A DNA stretch of 64,000 bases. It comes from Candidatus Omnitrophota bacterium. GTDB lineage: Bacteria; Omnitrophota; Gorgyraeia; Duberdicusellales; 4484-171. Location of the stretch: the NCBI GenBank assembly GCA_043823745.1, contig JBDRAN010000035.1, positions 13,795 to 77,794 of the forward strand. Reading direction: 5' to 3'. Position 1 is the first letter of the stretch; each line of letters opens with the position of its first letter. Positions 1 through 10,102 of this stretch are shown here, one piece after another. Made by a program: the position numbers and the translations under genes. The notes beneath the pieces were generated by a model that searched no databases, was not told the DNA's origin, and was given only the letters and a program-made list of their open reading frames with translations.

Positions 1-379
1 GGCGCTGGGCACGTAATGAAATCTGCTCAGGCGACTCCTCGGCACTTACATATAATGTTTTATCTACAAAGGAAAGCTGCGCCGCAACCTCAAGGAGTAA
101 TGTTGACTTTCCAACCCCCGGCTCTCCTCCAAGAAGAATGACCTCTCCCTTAACCAAGCCACCGCCTAAAATCCGGTCAAGACCCTCAATGCGGGTTGAA
201 ATCCTGGTAACCTCGTTCTTACCGACTTCCTTGACCAACTGGGGTGAAGTTTTTTCTTTCACAAAAAGCGCGGCTCCTTCCACCTGCTTCTCCTCGGCGA
301 ACGTTTCCCAGCCTTCACATAAAGGGCACCTGCCCAGCCACTTCACCGATTTATATCCGCAATTTGAACAATGAAACAT
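1..379 (-). CDS. radA: DNA repair protein RadA/Sms, N-terminal part (runs off window start)
   Basis: Manual translation from ATG at 379: MFHCSNCGYKSVKWLGRCPLC (C4 zinc finger), GLDRILGGGL, Walker A GGEPGVGKSTLL, LYVSAEESPEQI. Missed by the ORF track because it is truncated. Confidence 0.93.
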   Translation of the reverse strand, partial: MFHCSNCGYKSVKWLGRCPLCEGWETFAEEKQVEGAALFVKEKTSPQLVKEVGKNEVTRISTRIEGLDRILGGGLVKGEVILLGGEPGVGKSTLLLEVAAQLSFVDKTLYVSAEESPEQISLRAQR

Positions 380-395
380 TAGTCGTGCCTCTCCT

Positions 396-472
396 CAAAC
401 ACTAAACACGAAACCCAAAATCCGAAACATTACTTGTTTCGAGCTTCGAATCTCGTGTTTTGATTGCGAAAC
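396..472. repeat. Intergenic short imperfect tandem repeats (CGAAA/TTTCG units) in inverted arrangement
   Basis: aaacactaaacacgaaacccaaaatccgaaac followed by gtttcgagcttcgaatctcgtgtttt. Confidence 0.55.
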
Positions 473-474
473 CC

Positions 475-1188
475 CTATTTACGCTTTCTCGACTCTCGCG
501 GTTTATATAACAGTTTCCACGGATGATTCTTCAGATCGTCAATAAGTTCTTCAGTCTTACGAAAAATAGAATCGTCGTAAAGAAACTTACCCAACGTGCC
601 CTGTTGTTTCTGAATGTCCTCGGTCATACGCTTAACGTTAAGCGTTATCGCTTCGGTATTGTTAAGAATATTTTCAAACGACACTCTCAGTTTTCCATCT
701 TTAACGAACTCGTTGACCTCACGCATGGTTTTATGAAAATTATGCACAACAGTAAAAAGCGGAAGCGGCGAAATACCTTCGACGACTTCGCCGCGCTCGA
801 AATAACCATCTATTTTGTCCGGAGGCATTATTTCAAGATATTTCTCGCCGAATAAACTCAAGCTATTGATAATAAACGATGAATTACGTGGAATACGCGT
901 ATCTTCCTGCACCTTCGCGTACACAAAAACAACCGGCTGGCCTTCTTCCTGAGCAATCTCAACGCGCTTAACCTCTCCGACATCAACACCACAGAAACGC
1001 ACCGGGGATGCCGGACGAAGACCTTCGGCGAAATAAAAACGGATCTTAAGCTCGTAGGTACCTTTCCAAAAGGTCACGTCACGGATCGAAAGAAGGGTGA
1101 TCAAGAGCACAATAAGCGCAAGGATAAAGAAACCTCCCATTTTTAGCTCGCGCATATATTTTTTCATATCCCAGGTTTCATTCTTCAT
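475..1188 (-). CDS. mlaD: MlaD/MCE family substrate-binding protein
   Basis: N-terminal TM, MCE motif AEGLRPASPVRFCGVDVGEV, SLFGEKYLEI, helical tail GTLGKFLYD; downstream of mlaE/mlaF. Confidence 0.88.
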   Translation of the reverse strand: MKNETWDMKKYMRELKMGGFFILALIVLLITLLSIRDVTFWKGTYELKIRFYFAEGLRPASPVRFCGVDVGEVKRVEIAQEEGQPVVFVYAKVQEDTRIPRNSSFIINSLSLFGEKYLEIMPPDKIDGYFERGEVVEGISPLPLFTVVHNFHKTMREVNEFVKDGKLRVSFENILNNTEAITLNVKRMTEDIQKQQGTLGKFLYDDSIFRKTEELIDDLKNHPWKLLYKPRESRKRK

Positions 1189-1207
1189 CGCCCCACCCCC
1201 TTCTCTA

Positions 1208-1405
1208 AACGCTAATGACCGCGAATAAAAAACGCGAATTACCGCTAATTGGAAACATTAATTTACGCTAATCAGAAGTATCTAGTATTGAGTATTGAGT
1301 CTATTAAAGCGCCTTTTATTCCCTCACGCGATACTCAATACTCTGTACTCAATACGCCTTCTTTATCTGCCATCTTTCCCATGAGCTAACAGCTATGAGC
1401 TCATG
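1208..1405. repeat. Intergenic repeat cluster: CGCTAAT/CGCGAAT units, inverted GAGTATT/ATACTCA heptamers, ATGAGCT units
   Basis: cgctaatgaccgcgaat also at 7555; agtattgagtattgagt...atactcaatactctgtactcaatac also near 10000 and 12870. Confidence 0.7.
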
Positions 1406-1413
1406 GGCTTTCT

Positions 1414-2181
1414 TCATACTTCCGTCTCCTTGATCGGACCCGCCGACGAACCCTTAATAAACTGTATGACCCGCGCATCGGACGTATTGTTAAGATTGTC
1501 TTTATCACCAAAGAAAATAATTCTTCCGCCCAGAAGAAACGCCAAGCGATCGGCAAGTTTCAGACCCACCTCCAGGTCGTGCGTCACCACCAATGACGTA
1601 ATGCCGAGACGTTTATGTAAATCATCAATTAAGGAAACAACCTTGTCCACCGCGATAGGGTCAATCCCGGTAGTCGGTTCATCATAAATAATGATTTTAG
1701 GGTTATAAATAATGGCGCGGGCGATCGCCACGCGCTTCTTCATGCCTCCGGAAAGCTGGTACGGGTATAAGTCCTCTATCCCCTCAAGCCCTACCAATTT
1801 TAATGTATCCTTGGCGCGCTGACGGATTTCAGGCTTTTTGAGATTTGTATGCTGATAGAAATAAAATCCCACGTTCTCCTCAATGGTAAGAAAATCAAAA
1901 AGTGCCGCACTCTGAAAGACCAATCCAAACAACAATCTAATTCTCTCAAGTTCTTTTCTGGAAAGCTGCGTAATATCTGTCCCGTCAATAAAAACCTTAC
2001 CGGAATCAGGGCGCAGGAGCCCCATGATATTTTTAAGAAGCACCGTCTTTCCGGCTCCGCTGCGGCCGATAATAAGAAAAGTTTCGCCCTTATTAATGGT
2101 AAGATTAACACCATCGAGCACTTTTTTGGCGCCAAAGAACTTAGTGATATTATCAATATGGATCATTGCTTCAGTGCTCAT
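1414..2181 (-). CDS. mlaF: MlaF-type ABC ATP-binding protein
   Basis: GRSGAGKT, FQSAALFD, LSGGMKKRVAIARA, YDEPTTGIDP, VTHD. Confidence 0.9.
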   Translation of the reverse strand: MSTEAMIHIDNITKFFGAKKVLDGVNLTINKGETFLIIGRSGAGKTVLLKNIMGLLRPDSGKVFIDGTDITQLSRKELERIRLLFGLVFQSAALFDFLTIEENVGFYFYQHTNLKKPEIRQRAKDTLKLVGLEGIEDLYPYQLSGGMKKRVAIARAIIYNPKIIIYDEPTTGIDPIAVDKVVSLIDDLHKRLGITSLVVTHDLEVGLKLADRLAFLLGGRIIFFGDKDNLNNTSDARVIQFIKGSSAGPIKETEV

Positions 2182-2237
2182 AGTGGTGCCCGTTCAGCTT
2201 TCAGACCAAGACTCCCTCCCCGACAGGGGACATGAAC

Positions 2238-2307
2238 CTCTCCGGACTAAAGTCCGGAGTTTCTTTATAATCTCACGCATGTATCCACGGGTTAAAAGCC
2301 CATGGAT
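2238..2307. repeat. Pair of REP/IS200-IS605-end-like hairpins
   Basis: ctccggact-aa-agtccggag (2240-2259) and atccacggg-ttaaaa-gcccatggat (2283-2307); no transposase nearby. Confidence 0.55.
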
Positions 2308-2321
2308 TTGTGCGGTGGCGA

Positions 2322-3083
2322 TTAAAAAAGGAAATAAAAAAACGCAGTTAATATGCAATCACACACAATAATAAGGATAAAAGAACGCACGACAGCTTTC
2401 GTAACCGATTCGGAAACATCGGTAGATGAAAACGGCCGAAAACCCTCATAGCAACAGACAAATGCGATGATCGAGCCAAAACAAATACTCTTAATAAAAC
2501 CATTCATAAGATCTTTCATTTTAAGAGCATCGAAGGTGAGCTTAAAATACAGGTTAAAAGGGATCCCGAACTTTGATGAGCCGACCAAATAGCCCCCAAA
2601 AATACCAAGAAGGTCAGCATAAATAATAAGCACCGGCATGGTGATCAGCAGCGCCAGGAATTTGGGAACCACCAAATAATCGATAGGATCAACGGCAAAC
2701 GCATCCAGCGCGTCAACCTGTTCGCTGATTTTCATCGAACCAATACCGGCGGTGATCGAGGCGCCGCTGCGCGCGGCCACAATCAAAGAGCCAAGCACCG
2801 GGCCAAGCTCGCGAACCAACGATAGAGCCACGAGTGACGCGATATAAATTTCCGAGGAAAATTGTTTCAATTGATAGGCTGTCTGAAAGGCGATAATAAT
2901 CCCAATAAAAAAAGAAATCAGGGAAACAAGGGGTAAGCTATCGATACCAATAAAAATAATTTCACGAACAAGGGATTTAAGACTGCGTTTCTTTCTGAAG
3001 ATCCAGGCAAATGTTTCGCTTACAAAGAAAGTCATCCTGCCGAAATAACCCAATAGGTCAAGGCTGCTTCTAATAAGCCTCAT
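2322..3083 (-). CDS. mlaE: MlaE family ABC permease
   Basis: SLVRELGPVLGSLIVAARSGASITAGIGSMKISEQVDAL, DPIDYLVVP, multiple TMs. Confidence 0.92.
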   Translation of the reverse strand: MRLIRSSLDLLGYFGRMTFFVSETFAWIFRKKRSLKSLVREIIFIGIDSLPLVSLISFFIGIIIAFQTAYQLKQFSSEIYIASLVALSLVRELGPVLGSLIVAARSGASITAGIGSMKISEQVDALDAFAVDPIDYLVVPKFLALLITMPVLIIYADLLGIFGGYLVGSSKFGIPFNLYFKLTFDALKMKDLMNGFIKSICFGSIIAFVCCYEGFRPFSSTDVSESVTKAVVRSFILIIVCDCILTAFFYFLF

Positions 3084-3961
3084 CAGAATTCTCTCCTGCG
3101 CTCAAAACCAAGAATGCTTTTATCTTCCTGCATGCGAAGCTTCAGATAATTGTCACGGTACATTTTATAGCGTAACTCGGTACCGGGTTCCATAGAGTCC
3201 TCATCCTGACGCGCTCGAGCATCAAGTAAAACGTCAAAGTTCCCCTCGACCTCTTTCCTGAACCCCACATTTTTATCTTCCTCGGCGAGCAGGCGCCATC
3301 CGTCAAGCGTTACCTCGTGGGACACAAATGCCGCGCCCGGAAAAAGATTATTGAAGTCGCGCAAACTTAACGTGCCGTCAATTGCGTAACTACTACCATT
3401 CTTTAAGACAATTTTCGAATCGGTTAGCATCAAAAGAGGAGGCTTACCTAAAAAATTAAGCGCGAAACTTGAAAACTCAACCCCTTGGTAGACTCCATCC
3501 ATAATATTAATGGATCCACTTGCAAGATAGTTGGTCAATTGTCCCCAGATTTTTGCGTGCGCGCTGATTTTTCCTTTTAACTGTGGCTCTTCTTGGAATG
3601 TATTAACGTCAACATTAAGAAATACATCCTGATTCTCAATATTCACGTTTCCCTTGACAAGAAATTCCGGCGAAGAAAAATGACTCACATAGAGTGTATC
3701 GCCGCGCTTGACGATTTTAAGTTTTATCCACGGAAACAACTTTTCTTTGACGGCAATATTTTTCCCTTCGAGATTAAAGATAAGCGCTTCGTTCTCGCTC
3801 TTAACATCAAAAGTAAAGTCACCTCTGATGTTAAGATTTCCAATCGGAAACCCGGCCATCTCTATCTTCCGATTCTGAAAATCAATCGCGACAGAATTCT
3901 GCGCATACAGCGGCATAACACAGACTGCGATGCCTAATACAGAAAGAAAAAAAATTCTCAT
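3083..3961 (-). CDS. Hypothetical exported beta-rich protein
   Basis: Signal-peptide-like N-terminus, beta-strand pattern, C-terminal Phe; translationally coupled to clpC and mlaE. Confidence 0.75.
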   Translation of the reverse strand: MRIFFLSVLGIAVCVMPLYAQNSVAIDFQNRKIEMAGFPIGNLNIRGDFTFDVKSENEALIFNLEGKNIAVKEKLFPWIKLKIVKRGDTLYVSHFSSPEFLVKGNVNIENQDVFLNVDVNTFQEEPQLKGKISAHAKIWGQLTNYLASGSINIMDGVYQGVEFSSFALNFLGKPPLLMLTDSKIVLKNGSSYAIDGTLSLRDFNNLFPGAAFVSHEVTLDGWRLLAEEDKNVGFRKEVEGNFDVLLDARARQDEDSMEPGTELRYKMYRDNYLKLRMQEDKSILGFERRREF

Positions 3962-6399
3962 TCAAATTGTAACTCTTCGCCTTTCCTGCTCACTCTAATT
4001 TTTACCACTTTTTCCGTTTTTAATCGTTCCTTAAATGTTCCTTTAATAATATCCTCGGCAAGCGGATCCTCCAGGAAACGCTGGATAACCCTCTTTAAGG
4101 GGCGCGCGCCAAAAAGAGGATCAAACCCCTTATCGATAAAAAACTCTTTCGCATCAGGCAACATCTGGATCTCAAAACCCTGGTCTTTGACGCGTTCGTT
4201 GACATACGAGATTTCAATATCCACGATCTGCTCAAGATCTTCCTTGCTTAGGGGCCTGAATACAATCGTTTCGTCAAGCCGGTTTAAAAATTCAGGCTTA
4301 AACGTTTTCTTCACCTCCTCAAAAAGGAGCCGCTTCATATCCTCGTAACTAATATCATCGGTGATAGTTTTAAAACCAAGCGAGCCGCGCTTACGAATAA
4401 TTTCAGCGCCGACATTTGAAGTCATGATCAGGATCGTATTGCGAAAACTAACCCTTCGGCTAAAACTATCGGTTAATCTGCCTTCCTCTAAGATCTGCAA
4501 CAGCAGATTAAACACATCGGGATGCGCTTTTTCGATTTCATCGAGCAGGACTACCGAGTATGGCCGGCGGCGCACTTTTTCGGTAAGCTGCCCCCCCTCT
4601 TCATATCCGACATATCCCGGAGGAGCGCCGATTAAACGCGAGACATTGAACTTCTCCATATATTCACTCATGTCAAGCTGGATAAGCGCGTCCTCATCTC
4701 CAAACATAAACTCAGCCAGGGCTCGCGCGAGCAGCGTTTTACCGACACCCGTGGGGCCCATGAAAAGAAACGAACCAATAGGCCGGCGAGGAGCCTTAAT
4801 GCCCGCGCGCGCTCTGCGTATCGCGCGCGCGATTGAATCAATCGCCTCGGGTTGCCCGATAACTTTCCCGGCGAGCTCAGCCTCTGCACGCAAAAGCTTC
4901 TCTGATTCCTTCTGCTCAAGACGGTATATCGGAATACCCGTGATCTGCGCTACCAGACGCGCAATGTCTTCCTCGGTAACGGTCGGAACGATCTGATCGC
5001 GTTTTTTACTCCAATCCTTACGCAAGCTATCAAGTTTAAGTCTCAATGTTTTCTCTTCGTCACGTAAGCGTGCTGCCGCTTCAAAATCCTGTTGCTTGAT
5101 CAACGCTTCTTTTTCTTTCGTGATCTCATTAAGCTGTGTTTCGGATTCCTTAATTTCCTTGGGCGCGGTTAATACGGTAAGGCGCGCACGGGCGCCCGAT
5201 TCATCAACAAGATCAATTGCCTTATCAGGAAGAAATCTTCCGGAAACATAACGATCGGAAAATTTAGTCGCCGCCTGAAGGGCCTCATCCGTAAATTGCA
5301 CGCGATGATGAGCTTCGTATTTATCCCGAAGTCCTTGTAAAATTTCTACGGTTTCTTCCACGGTCGCAGCCTCAACATAAATCGGCTGAAATCTACGCTC
5401 AAGCGCTGCATCTTTTTCAATATGCTTCCGGTATTCATCAAGCGTCGTTGCGCCGATACATTGTATTTCCCCGCGCGAAAGTGCCGGTTTTAATATGTTA
5501 GAAGCGTCAATCGCTCCTTCAGCGGCACCGGCGCCCACCAACGTATGCAACTCATCAATAAAAATAATAACGTCCTTTGATCGTTTAATTTCCTCCATTA
5601 CCGCTTTAATGCGCTCTTCAAATTGACCGCGATATTTAGTCCCGGCGATCATCAGTGCTAAATCAAGCACGATCAGGCGTTTGCTGCGCAAAAGCTCCGG
5701 CACATCACCTTTGGTAATACTCTGAGCGAGCCCCTCGACAATTGCGGTCTTACCCACACCAGCCTCCCCCAATAACACCGGATTGTTCTTTGTCCTACGG
5801 GAGAGTATCTGGATGACCCGCTCAATTTCTAATTTCCGTCCGATGACAGGGTCAAGTTTTCCGTCTTTGGCCAGCTTCGTTAAATCACGGCCAAATGAAT
5901 CGAGCGCGGGAGTTTTTGAGGAAGTCGATGTGGCGGTCTGACTCGTTGCGCCTTGGGGATGAGCACCTCCTAAAAGCGCTGAAATTTCTTCGCGCACCTT
6001 CGCAATGTCAATACCCAATGAAAAAAGCACCTGTGAAGCAAGGCCTTCTCCTTCACGGATAAGGCCAAGGAGTATGTGCTCCGTCCCGATATAGTTATGC
6101 CCCAAATTACGTGCCTCTTCAGCCGCAAGTTCAAGCGCCTTTTTAGCGCGCGGTGTAAATGGAATATCTCCGAGCACCGAAGCCGAGCTACCCGGAGAAA
6201 TAAGCTTCTCTATCTCGATACGCAAGCGTTCAAGATCAATCCCTAAATTCTGCAACACCGCGCAGGCAACACCTTCTCCCTCACGAACAAGGCCGAGTAA
6301 AATATGTTCCGTCCCGATATAATCGTGATTAAAGCGCCTCGCTTCTTCTTTTGCCAACACCAATACTTTTCGTGCCCTTTCGGTAAATCGATTAAACAT
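3958..6399 (-). CDS. clpC: ATP-dependent Clp protease ATP-binding subunit ClpC
   Basis: [12 protein letters not shown] Clp-N repeats, GEAGVGKT and GPTGVGKT Walker A motifs, UVR coil [22 protein letters not shown]. Confidence 0.97.
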   Translation of the reverse strand: MFNRFTERARKVLVLAKEEARRFNHDYIGTEHILLGLVREGEGVACAVLQNLGIDLERLRIEIEKLISPGSSASVLGDIPFTPRAKKALELAAEEARNLGHNYIGTEHILLGLIREGEGLASQVLFSLGIDIAKVREEISALLGGAHPQGATSQTATSTSSKTPALDSFGRDLTKLAKDGKLDPVIGRKLEIERVIQILSRRTKNNPVLLGEAGVGKTAIVEGLAQSITKGDVPELLRSKRLIVLDLALMIAGTKYRGQFEERIKAVMEEIKRSKDVIIFIDELHTLVGAGAAEGAIDASNILKPALSRGEIQCIGATTLDEYRKHIEKDAALERRFQPIYVEAATVEETVEILQGLRDKYEAHHRVQFTDEALQAATKFSDRYVSGRFLPDKAIDLVDESGARARLTVLTAPKEIKESETQLNEITKEKEALIKQQDFEAAARLRDEEKTLRLKLDSLRKDWSKKRDQIVPTVTEEDIARLVAQITGIPIYRLEQKESEKLLRAEAELAGKVIGQPEAIDSIARAIRRARAGIKAPRRPIGSFLFMGPTGVGKTLLARALAEFMFGDEDALIQLDMSEYMEKFNVSRLIGAPPGYVGYEEGGQLTEKVRRRPYSVVLLDEIEKAHPDVFNLLLQILEEGRLTDSFSRRVSFRNTILIMTSNVGAEIIRKRGSLGFKTITDDISYEDMKRLLFEEVKKTFKPEFLNRLDETIVFRPLSKEDLEQIVDIEISYVNERVKDQGFEIQMLPDAKEFFIDKGFDPLFGARPLKRVIQRFLEDPLAEDIIKGTFKERLKTEKVVKIRVSRKGEELQFE

Positions 6400-6494
6400 T
6401 CCTTGACCTCCTTAAAAATACAGAGAGCTCATATCGAGGAGCTCTCAATCGCTCATTATGCAATAAAACCTAAAGCCAAACGCGACAGGCAACC

Positions 6495-7547
6495 TTACTG
6501 ATTCAATACCAAACGCTCTCGTAAAATCGACGCTCTAATGAAATCGCGCTCTTCTTCCTTGAGAGGCTTATTCTCAATCTTCTGCAAATGCGCCGGCTGG
6601 ATCATTAAAAAAAGACTGTTAATAAGCTCGCGCCGTATCCCTCTAATTATACCTAAATCAAGACCCAAAGACAACATCGAAAGATGGCTCAACGCTTCTT
6701 TGCTACCGATGAGACGGCAATGTTTTAGTATTCCGAAAGCCCGCCAAACATTATCCTGGAGGCTAAATTTGTATTTTTTTACCAGGCTATCGCGAGAAGC
6801 GATCTCCTGTTCTTTTACTTGATTAACAACGCCTGAAAGATTATCAATAATTTCCTGCTCGGAAAGACCGAGCGATCCCTGATTGGAAATTTGGAAAAAA
6901 TCACCCAGAGCCTGCGTACCTTCACCAAAGAGGCCGCGCGCGGTAAAAGAAATTTTAACGAGAAGCTCTAAGATCTTATTGATACGTTTCGTTAAAACAA
7001 GTGCCGGGATATGAAGCATGCATGAAGCGCGCAGCGCTGTCCCCGTATTGGTAGGGCACGAAGTCAGATATCCCAAATCAGGTAGAAAAGCGAAATCAAC
7101 CAAATGATCAAGCTCATCATCGATTTGCCGGGCAATATTCCAGCAATGAGCCAGGTCAAACCCCGACGTAATCACTTGCAGGCGTACATGATCCTCTTCA
7201 TTTACCATAAGCGCAATGCGCTCATCGTTTGAAACGATCAAGCCCTTAGCTTTAGGAGAGATACTATGTTCCTGGCTTATAAGGTGTCTTTCAAGGAGAA
7301 GCTGACGATCGATTTCGTCAACATTCTCCATGCGCACAAATGAGCTTCTCTTAAGCAATCCAAGATTATCGATGACTCCTTCGATCGTGGCACACACATT
7401 CTCTTTTTGAGCGCCGGAAGCACGGGACGGAAAAGGAATGTCGGCAAAATTACGCGCAAGACGAACACGCGACGAAAACACGATCTCAGAGGAAGGCCCT
7501 TTGCCATTAAGCCAGCTATTTTCGTTGGTAAGAAGGTTTTCAAACAT
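6495..7547 (-). CDS. mcsB: Protein-arginine kinase McsB
   Basis: SSRVRLARN, MVNEEDH, GYLTSCPTNTGTALRAS, FQISNQ; lies between mcsA and clpC; ATG at 7547 (TTG 7553 alternative). Confidence 0.93.
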   Translation of the reverse strand: MFENLLTNENSWLNGKGPSSEIVFSSRVRLARNFADIPFPSRASGAQKENVCATIEGVIDNLGLLKRSSFVRMENVDEIDRQLLLERHLISQEHSISPKAKGLIVSNDERIALMVNEEDHVRLQVITSGFDLAHCWNIARQIDDELDHLVDFAFLPDLGYLTSCPTNTGTALRASCMLHIPALVLTKRINKILELLVKISFTARGLFGEGTQALGDFFQISNQGSLGLSEQEIIDNLSGVVNQVKEQEIASRDSLVKKYKFSLQDNVWRAFGILKHCRLIGSKEALSHLSMLSLGLDLGIIRGIRRELINSLFLMIQPAHLQKIENKPLKEEERDFIRASILRERLVLNQ

Positions 7548-7554
7548 ATTCAAG

Positions 7555-7725
7555 CGCTAATGACCGCGAATCCAAAAGACGCGAATTTTCGCGAATGTAA
7601 AAACGTGAAGCTCCCTCTGTTATCTCCAATCTGAAATTCCGCCTCTCCGCTTGCAGCAGAGGGCGAGACCTCGCCAGCTATTGCCGGCGGGCTGCCATCT
7701 TCCTTATGAGCCATGGACTATGGAC
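7555..7725. repeat. Intergenic repeats: CGCGAAT units, GC-rich IS605/REP-like hairpin, TGGACTA heptamers
   Basis: cgctaatgaccgcgaat...; ctcgccagctattgccggcggg; ccatggactatggact. Confidence 0.5.
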
Positions 7726-7763
7726 TTTCTCTCGCCCCGCATCCAATGCGCTGTCTTTAAACC

Positions 7764-8258
7764 TCACGAGGCACGTTTAGCTTCTGCCTGTTTTATTTCA
7801 TCACGCAGGCGGGCCGCTTCTTCATACTCCTCGAGATTGATTGCCCGCTGGAGCCGTTCTTTGAGCTCGCTGATTTTTGCGGACGACGTGATTTTCTTTT
7901 CTTTACGATAAGGAATTTTTCCCGCGTGACTGGTAGAACCGTGAATTTTCTTAAGTAACGGCAGGAGCACTCCTCTAAACGCGCTGTAGCAATACGCACA
8001 GCCAAGCCGCCCTTTTTTTTTGAAATCAGCGTAACTTAAGCCGCACGAAGAACATTTCAGAGCTATCTCTTCCTTTTCTTTAAGCGGGTCGAGGCCGGTC
8101 AAACCTACGAGAAAATCAGAGACATTAAGCTGATCTTTGATCTCTTCTGTTTTTGATTTAGCGCACGCCTGGCATATGTGCAGCTCCGCAATCTTATCAT
8201 GAACGATCTCGGTAAGATGCACCGTCGCTATATTTTTGTGGCAAATGTCGCAAACCAT
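7764..8258 (-). CDS. mcsA: McsA (CxxC motifs plus UVR domain), activator of McsB
   Basis: MVCDIC, HICQAC, CSSCG, GRLGCAYCY, EEYEEAARLRD. Confidence 0.93.
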   Translation of the reverse strand: MVCDICHKNIATVHLTEIVHDKIAELHICQACAKSKTEEIKDQLNVSDFLVGLTGLDPLKEKEEIALKCSSCGLSYADFKKKGRLGCAYCYSAFRGVLLPLLKKIHGSTSHAGKIPYRKEKKITSSAKISELKERLQRAINLEEYEEAARLRDEIKQAEAKRAS

Positions 8259-8269
8259 ATCTCTAATAT

Positions 8270-8389
8270 TTTGAATGACTAATTTCGAAGTCCCGAATGA
8301 CGAATGAATGATTGATGCTTGAATGATTAGAAATTTCTAAATTTAATCATTGAGTGGTAATTCGAAATTCGGGTTTCGTCATTCGTCAT
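8270..8389. repeat. Intergenic GAATGAC/GTCATTC-type short repeats, inverted
   Basis: gaatgact...cgaatgacgaatgaatg... versus ...ttcgtcattcgtcatt. Confidence 0.6.
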
Positions 8390-9265
8390 TTACAAACTAT
8401 ATTTCACTCCCTTTGTCTTGGTTGCTTTTTTGAACTCGCGCCTTAGGCGCGCCGTAAGAGGCCCTGGTTTCCCGTCACCGATCGAGCGCCCGTCAATCTT
8501 AACCACAGGAATGATTTCCGCTGCTGTTCCGGTCAAAAAACATTCTTGGCTGATATACACCTCATGACGTGTAAGCACGTGTTCGTGCGTTGGGATCTTT
8601 GCAGCTCGGGCAAGCGCAAGCACTTCATCGCGCGTTATCCCGCGTAACGTGCCCATGCATTGGGGGGGCGTATACAGGTGGCCCTTCTCCACCACGAAGA
8701 TGTTGTCTCCGGTACACTCGGCAACATACCCAAGATGATCAAGCATGAGCGCTTCCTCAAATCCACAATTACTTGCTTCGATTTTCGCTAAAATATTATT
8801 TAAATAGTTAAGCGACTTAATCTGGGGATTGAGCGCCTCCGGTATGGTGCGCACCGTGGGCACCGTCATGATCGCCATTCCCTCCTGATAGAGTTTTTCC
8901 GGATACAGCGAAACTTTGTCCGCAATAACGACGACTGTGGGCTTACCAAAACATTTCTTGGGATCAAGTCCTAAGTCACCCTCACCCCGCGAGACAATAA
9001 GACGCACATAGGCGTCTTTCAAACGATTGGCCTTCAATGTTTTGACAACCGCGTCAATACACTCCTTTTTACTCAAGGGAATCGTAAGCATGATTGAATG
9101 CGCAGACTCAAAGAGCCGGTCAATATGCTCCTGCAATTTAAACACCCGGCAATTGTAAGCCCGTATCCCCTCGAATACCCCGTCGCCGTATAAAAAGCCG
9201 TGGTCAAATACCGAGATCTTCGCTTCTGATTTTTCAACTAACTTACCGTTTAAATAAATTTTCAT
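8390..9265 (-). CDS. ilvE: Branched-chain amino acid aminotransferase
   Basis: DHGFLYGDGVFEGIRAY, KSLNYLNNI, ECTGDNIF, LRGITR, FLTGTAAEI; GGAGG precedes ATG at 9265. Confidence 0.95.
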   Translation of the reverse strand: MKIYLNGKLVEKSEAKISVFDHGFLYGDGVFEGIRAYNCRVFKLQEHIDRLFESAHSIMLTIPLSKKECIDAVVKTLKANRLKDAYVRLIVSRGEGDLGLDPKKCFGKPTVVVIADKVSLYPEKLYQEGMAIMTVPTVRTIPEALNPQIKSLNYLNNILAKIEASNCGFEEALMLDHLGYVAECTGDNIFVVEKGHLYTPPQCMGTLRGITRDEVLALARAAKIPTHEHVLTRHEVYISQECFLTGTAAEIIPVVKIDGRSIGDGKPGPLTARLRREFKKATKTKGVKYSL

Positions 9266-9286
9266 TGAACCCTCCTTCATACTAAC

Positions 9287-9964
9287 CTACTGTGTTATGA
9301 TGCCGCCCGCAAGGCGAACGATACGGTGTGCGCGACGGGCAAGCTCAAGATTATGAGTAATAAGAACGAGCGCCTTTTTTTTATCGTGATGTAACGTTTC
9401 TAAAAGATGCATTACCTTATTCTGGGAATCAATATCGAGATTGCCCGTCGGTTCATCACATAAAATGATATCCGGGTTGTTGACGAGCGCCCGCGCTATC
9501 GCCACTTTTTGCTTTTCTCCTCCGGACAGCTGCGAAGGGAAAAAATCGCGACGCTCAATAATCCCTAAATATTCTAACAACTCCTGCGCTCTTTTGGAAG
9601 AAGATTTTCGTTTCATAGAATGCGCCGCGATGGCAATATTCTCGAGAACGTCGAGCTCCTCAATCAAATGATAGAACTGAAAAACAAAACCGATAGTCCG
9701 ATTACGCCAACGCGCCAACGCTCGCTCACCCATCGCATGGATGTCACTGCCCCGGAAGAAAATCGTCCCGTGTGTCGGCTCGTCAAGGCCGCCCATCATA
9801 TGCAACAGCGTCGACTTGCCCGCGCCGGAAGGCCCAACGATAGCGCAATAATCTCCTTCAGGAATCGCCAGCGTGACCTCGCGCAACGCAGCAACGGCGC
9901 CTTGAGCTGATGCGCCGGCATCATAAATTTTTGTTACCGCAACAATGTCGAGTAAGGTATTCAT
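9287..9964 (-). CDS. lolD: LolD-like ABC ATP-binding protein
   Basis: GPSGAGKSTLL, IGFVFQFYHL, LSGGEKQKVAIARAL, DEPTGNLD; next to lolC/E. Confidence 0.8.
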   Translation of the reverse strand: MNTLLDIVAVTKIYDAGASAQGAVAALREVTLAIPEGDYCAIVGPSGAGKSTLLHMMGGLDEPTHGTIFFRGSDIHAMGERALARWRNRTIGFVFQFYHLIEELDVLENIAIAAHSMKRKSSSKRAQELLEYLGIIERRDFFPSQLSGGEKQKVAIARALVNNPDIILCDEPTGNLDIDSQNKVMHLLETLHHDKKKALVLITHNLELARRAHRIVRLAGGIITQ

Positions 9965-9994
9965 GGTGTATGCAGTATAGAATGTATTTTCCAT

Positions 9995-10090
9995 GTATTG
10001 AGTAGTGAGTATTGTGTATTGAGTTTATCGAAAGCGTATCTTTCATCTCCTACTCGATACTCAATACTCTGTGCTCTATACTCAATCTTG
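9995..10090. repeat. Inverted GAGTATT/ATACTCA heptamer repeats
   Basis: gtattgagtagtgagtattgtgtattgagt...tactcgatactcaatactctgtgctctatactcaat. Confidence 0.7.
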
Positions 10091-10102
10091 CTAAACGCTA
10101 TC

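Noticed and set aside
3958-8258. mcsA-mcsB-clpC without ctsR
   Set aside because: A known arrangement outside Firmicutes; ordinary.
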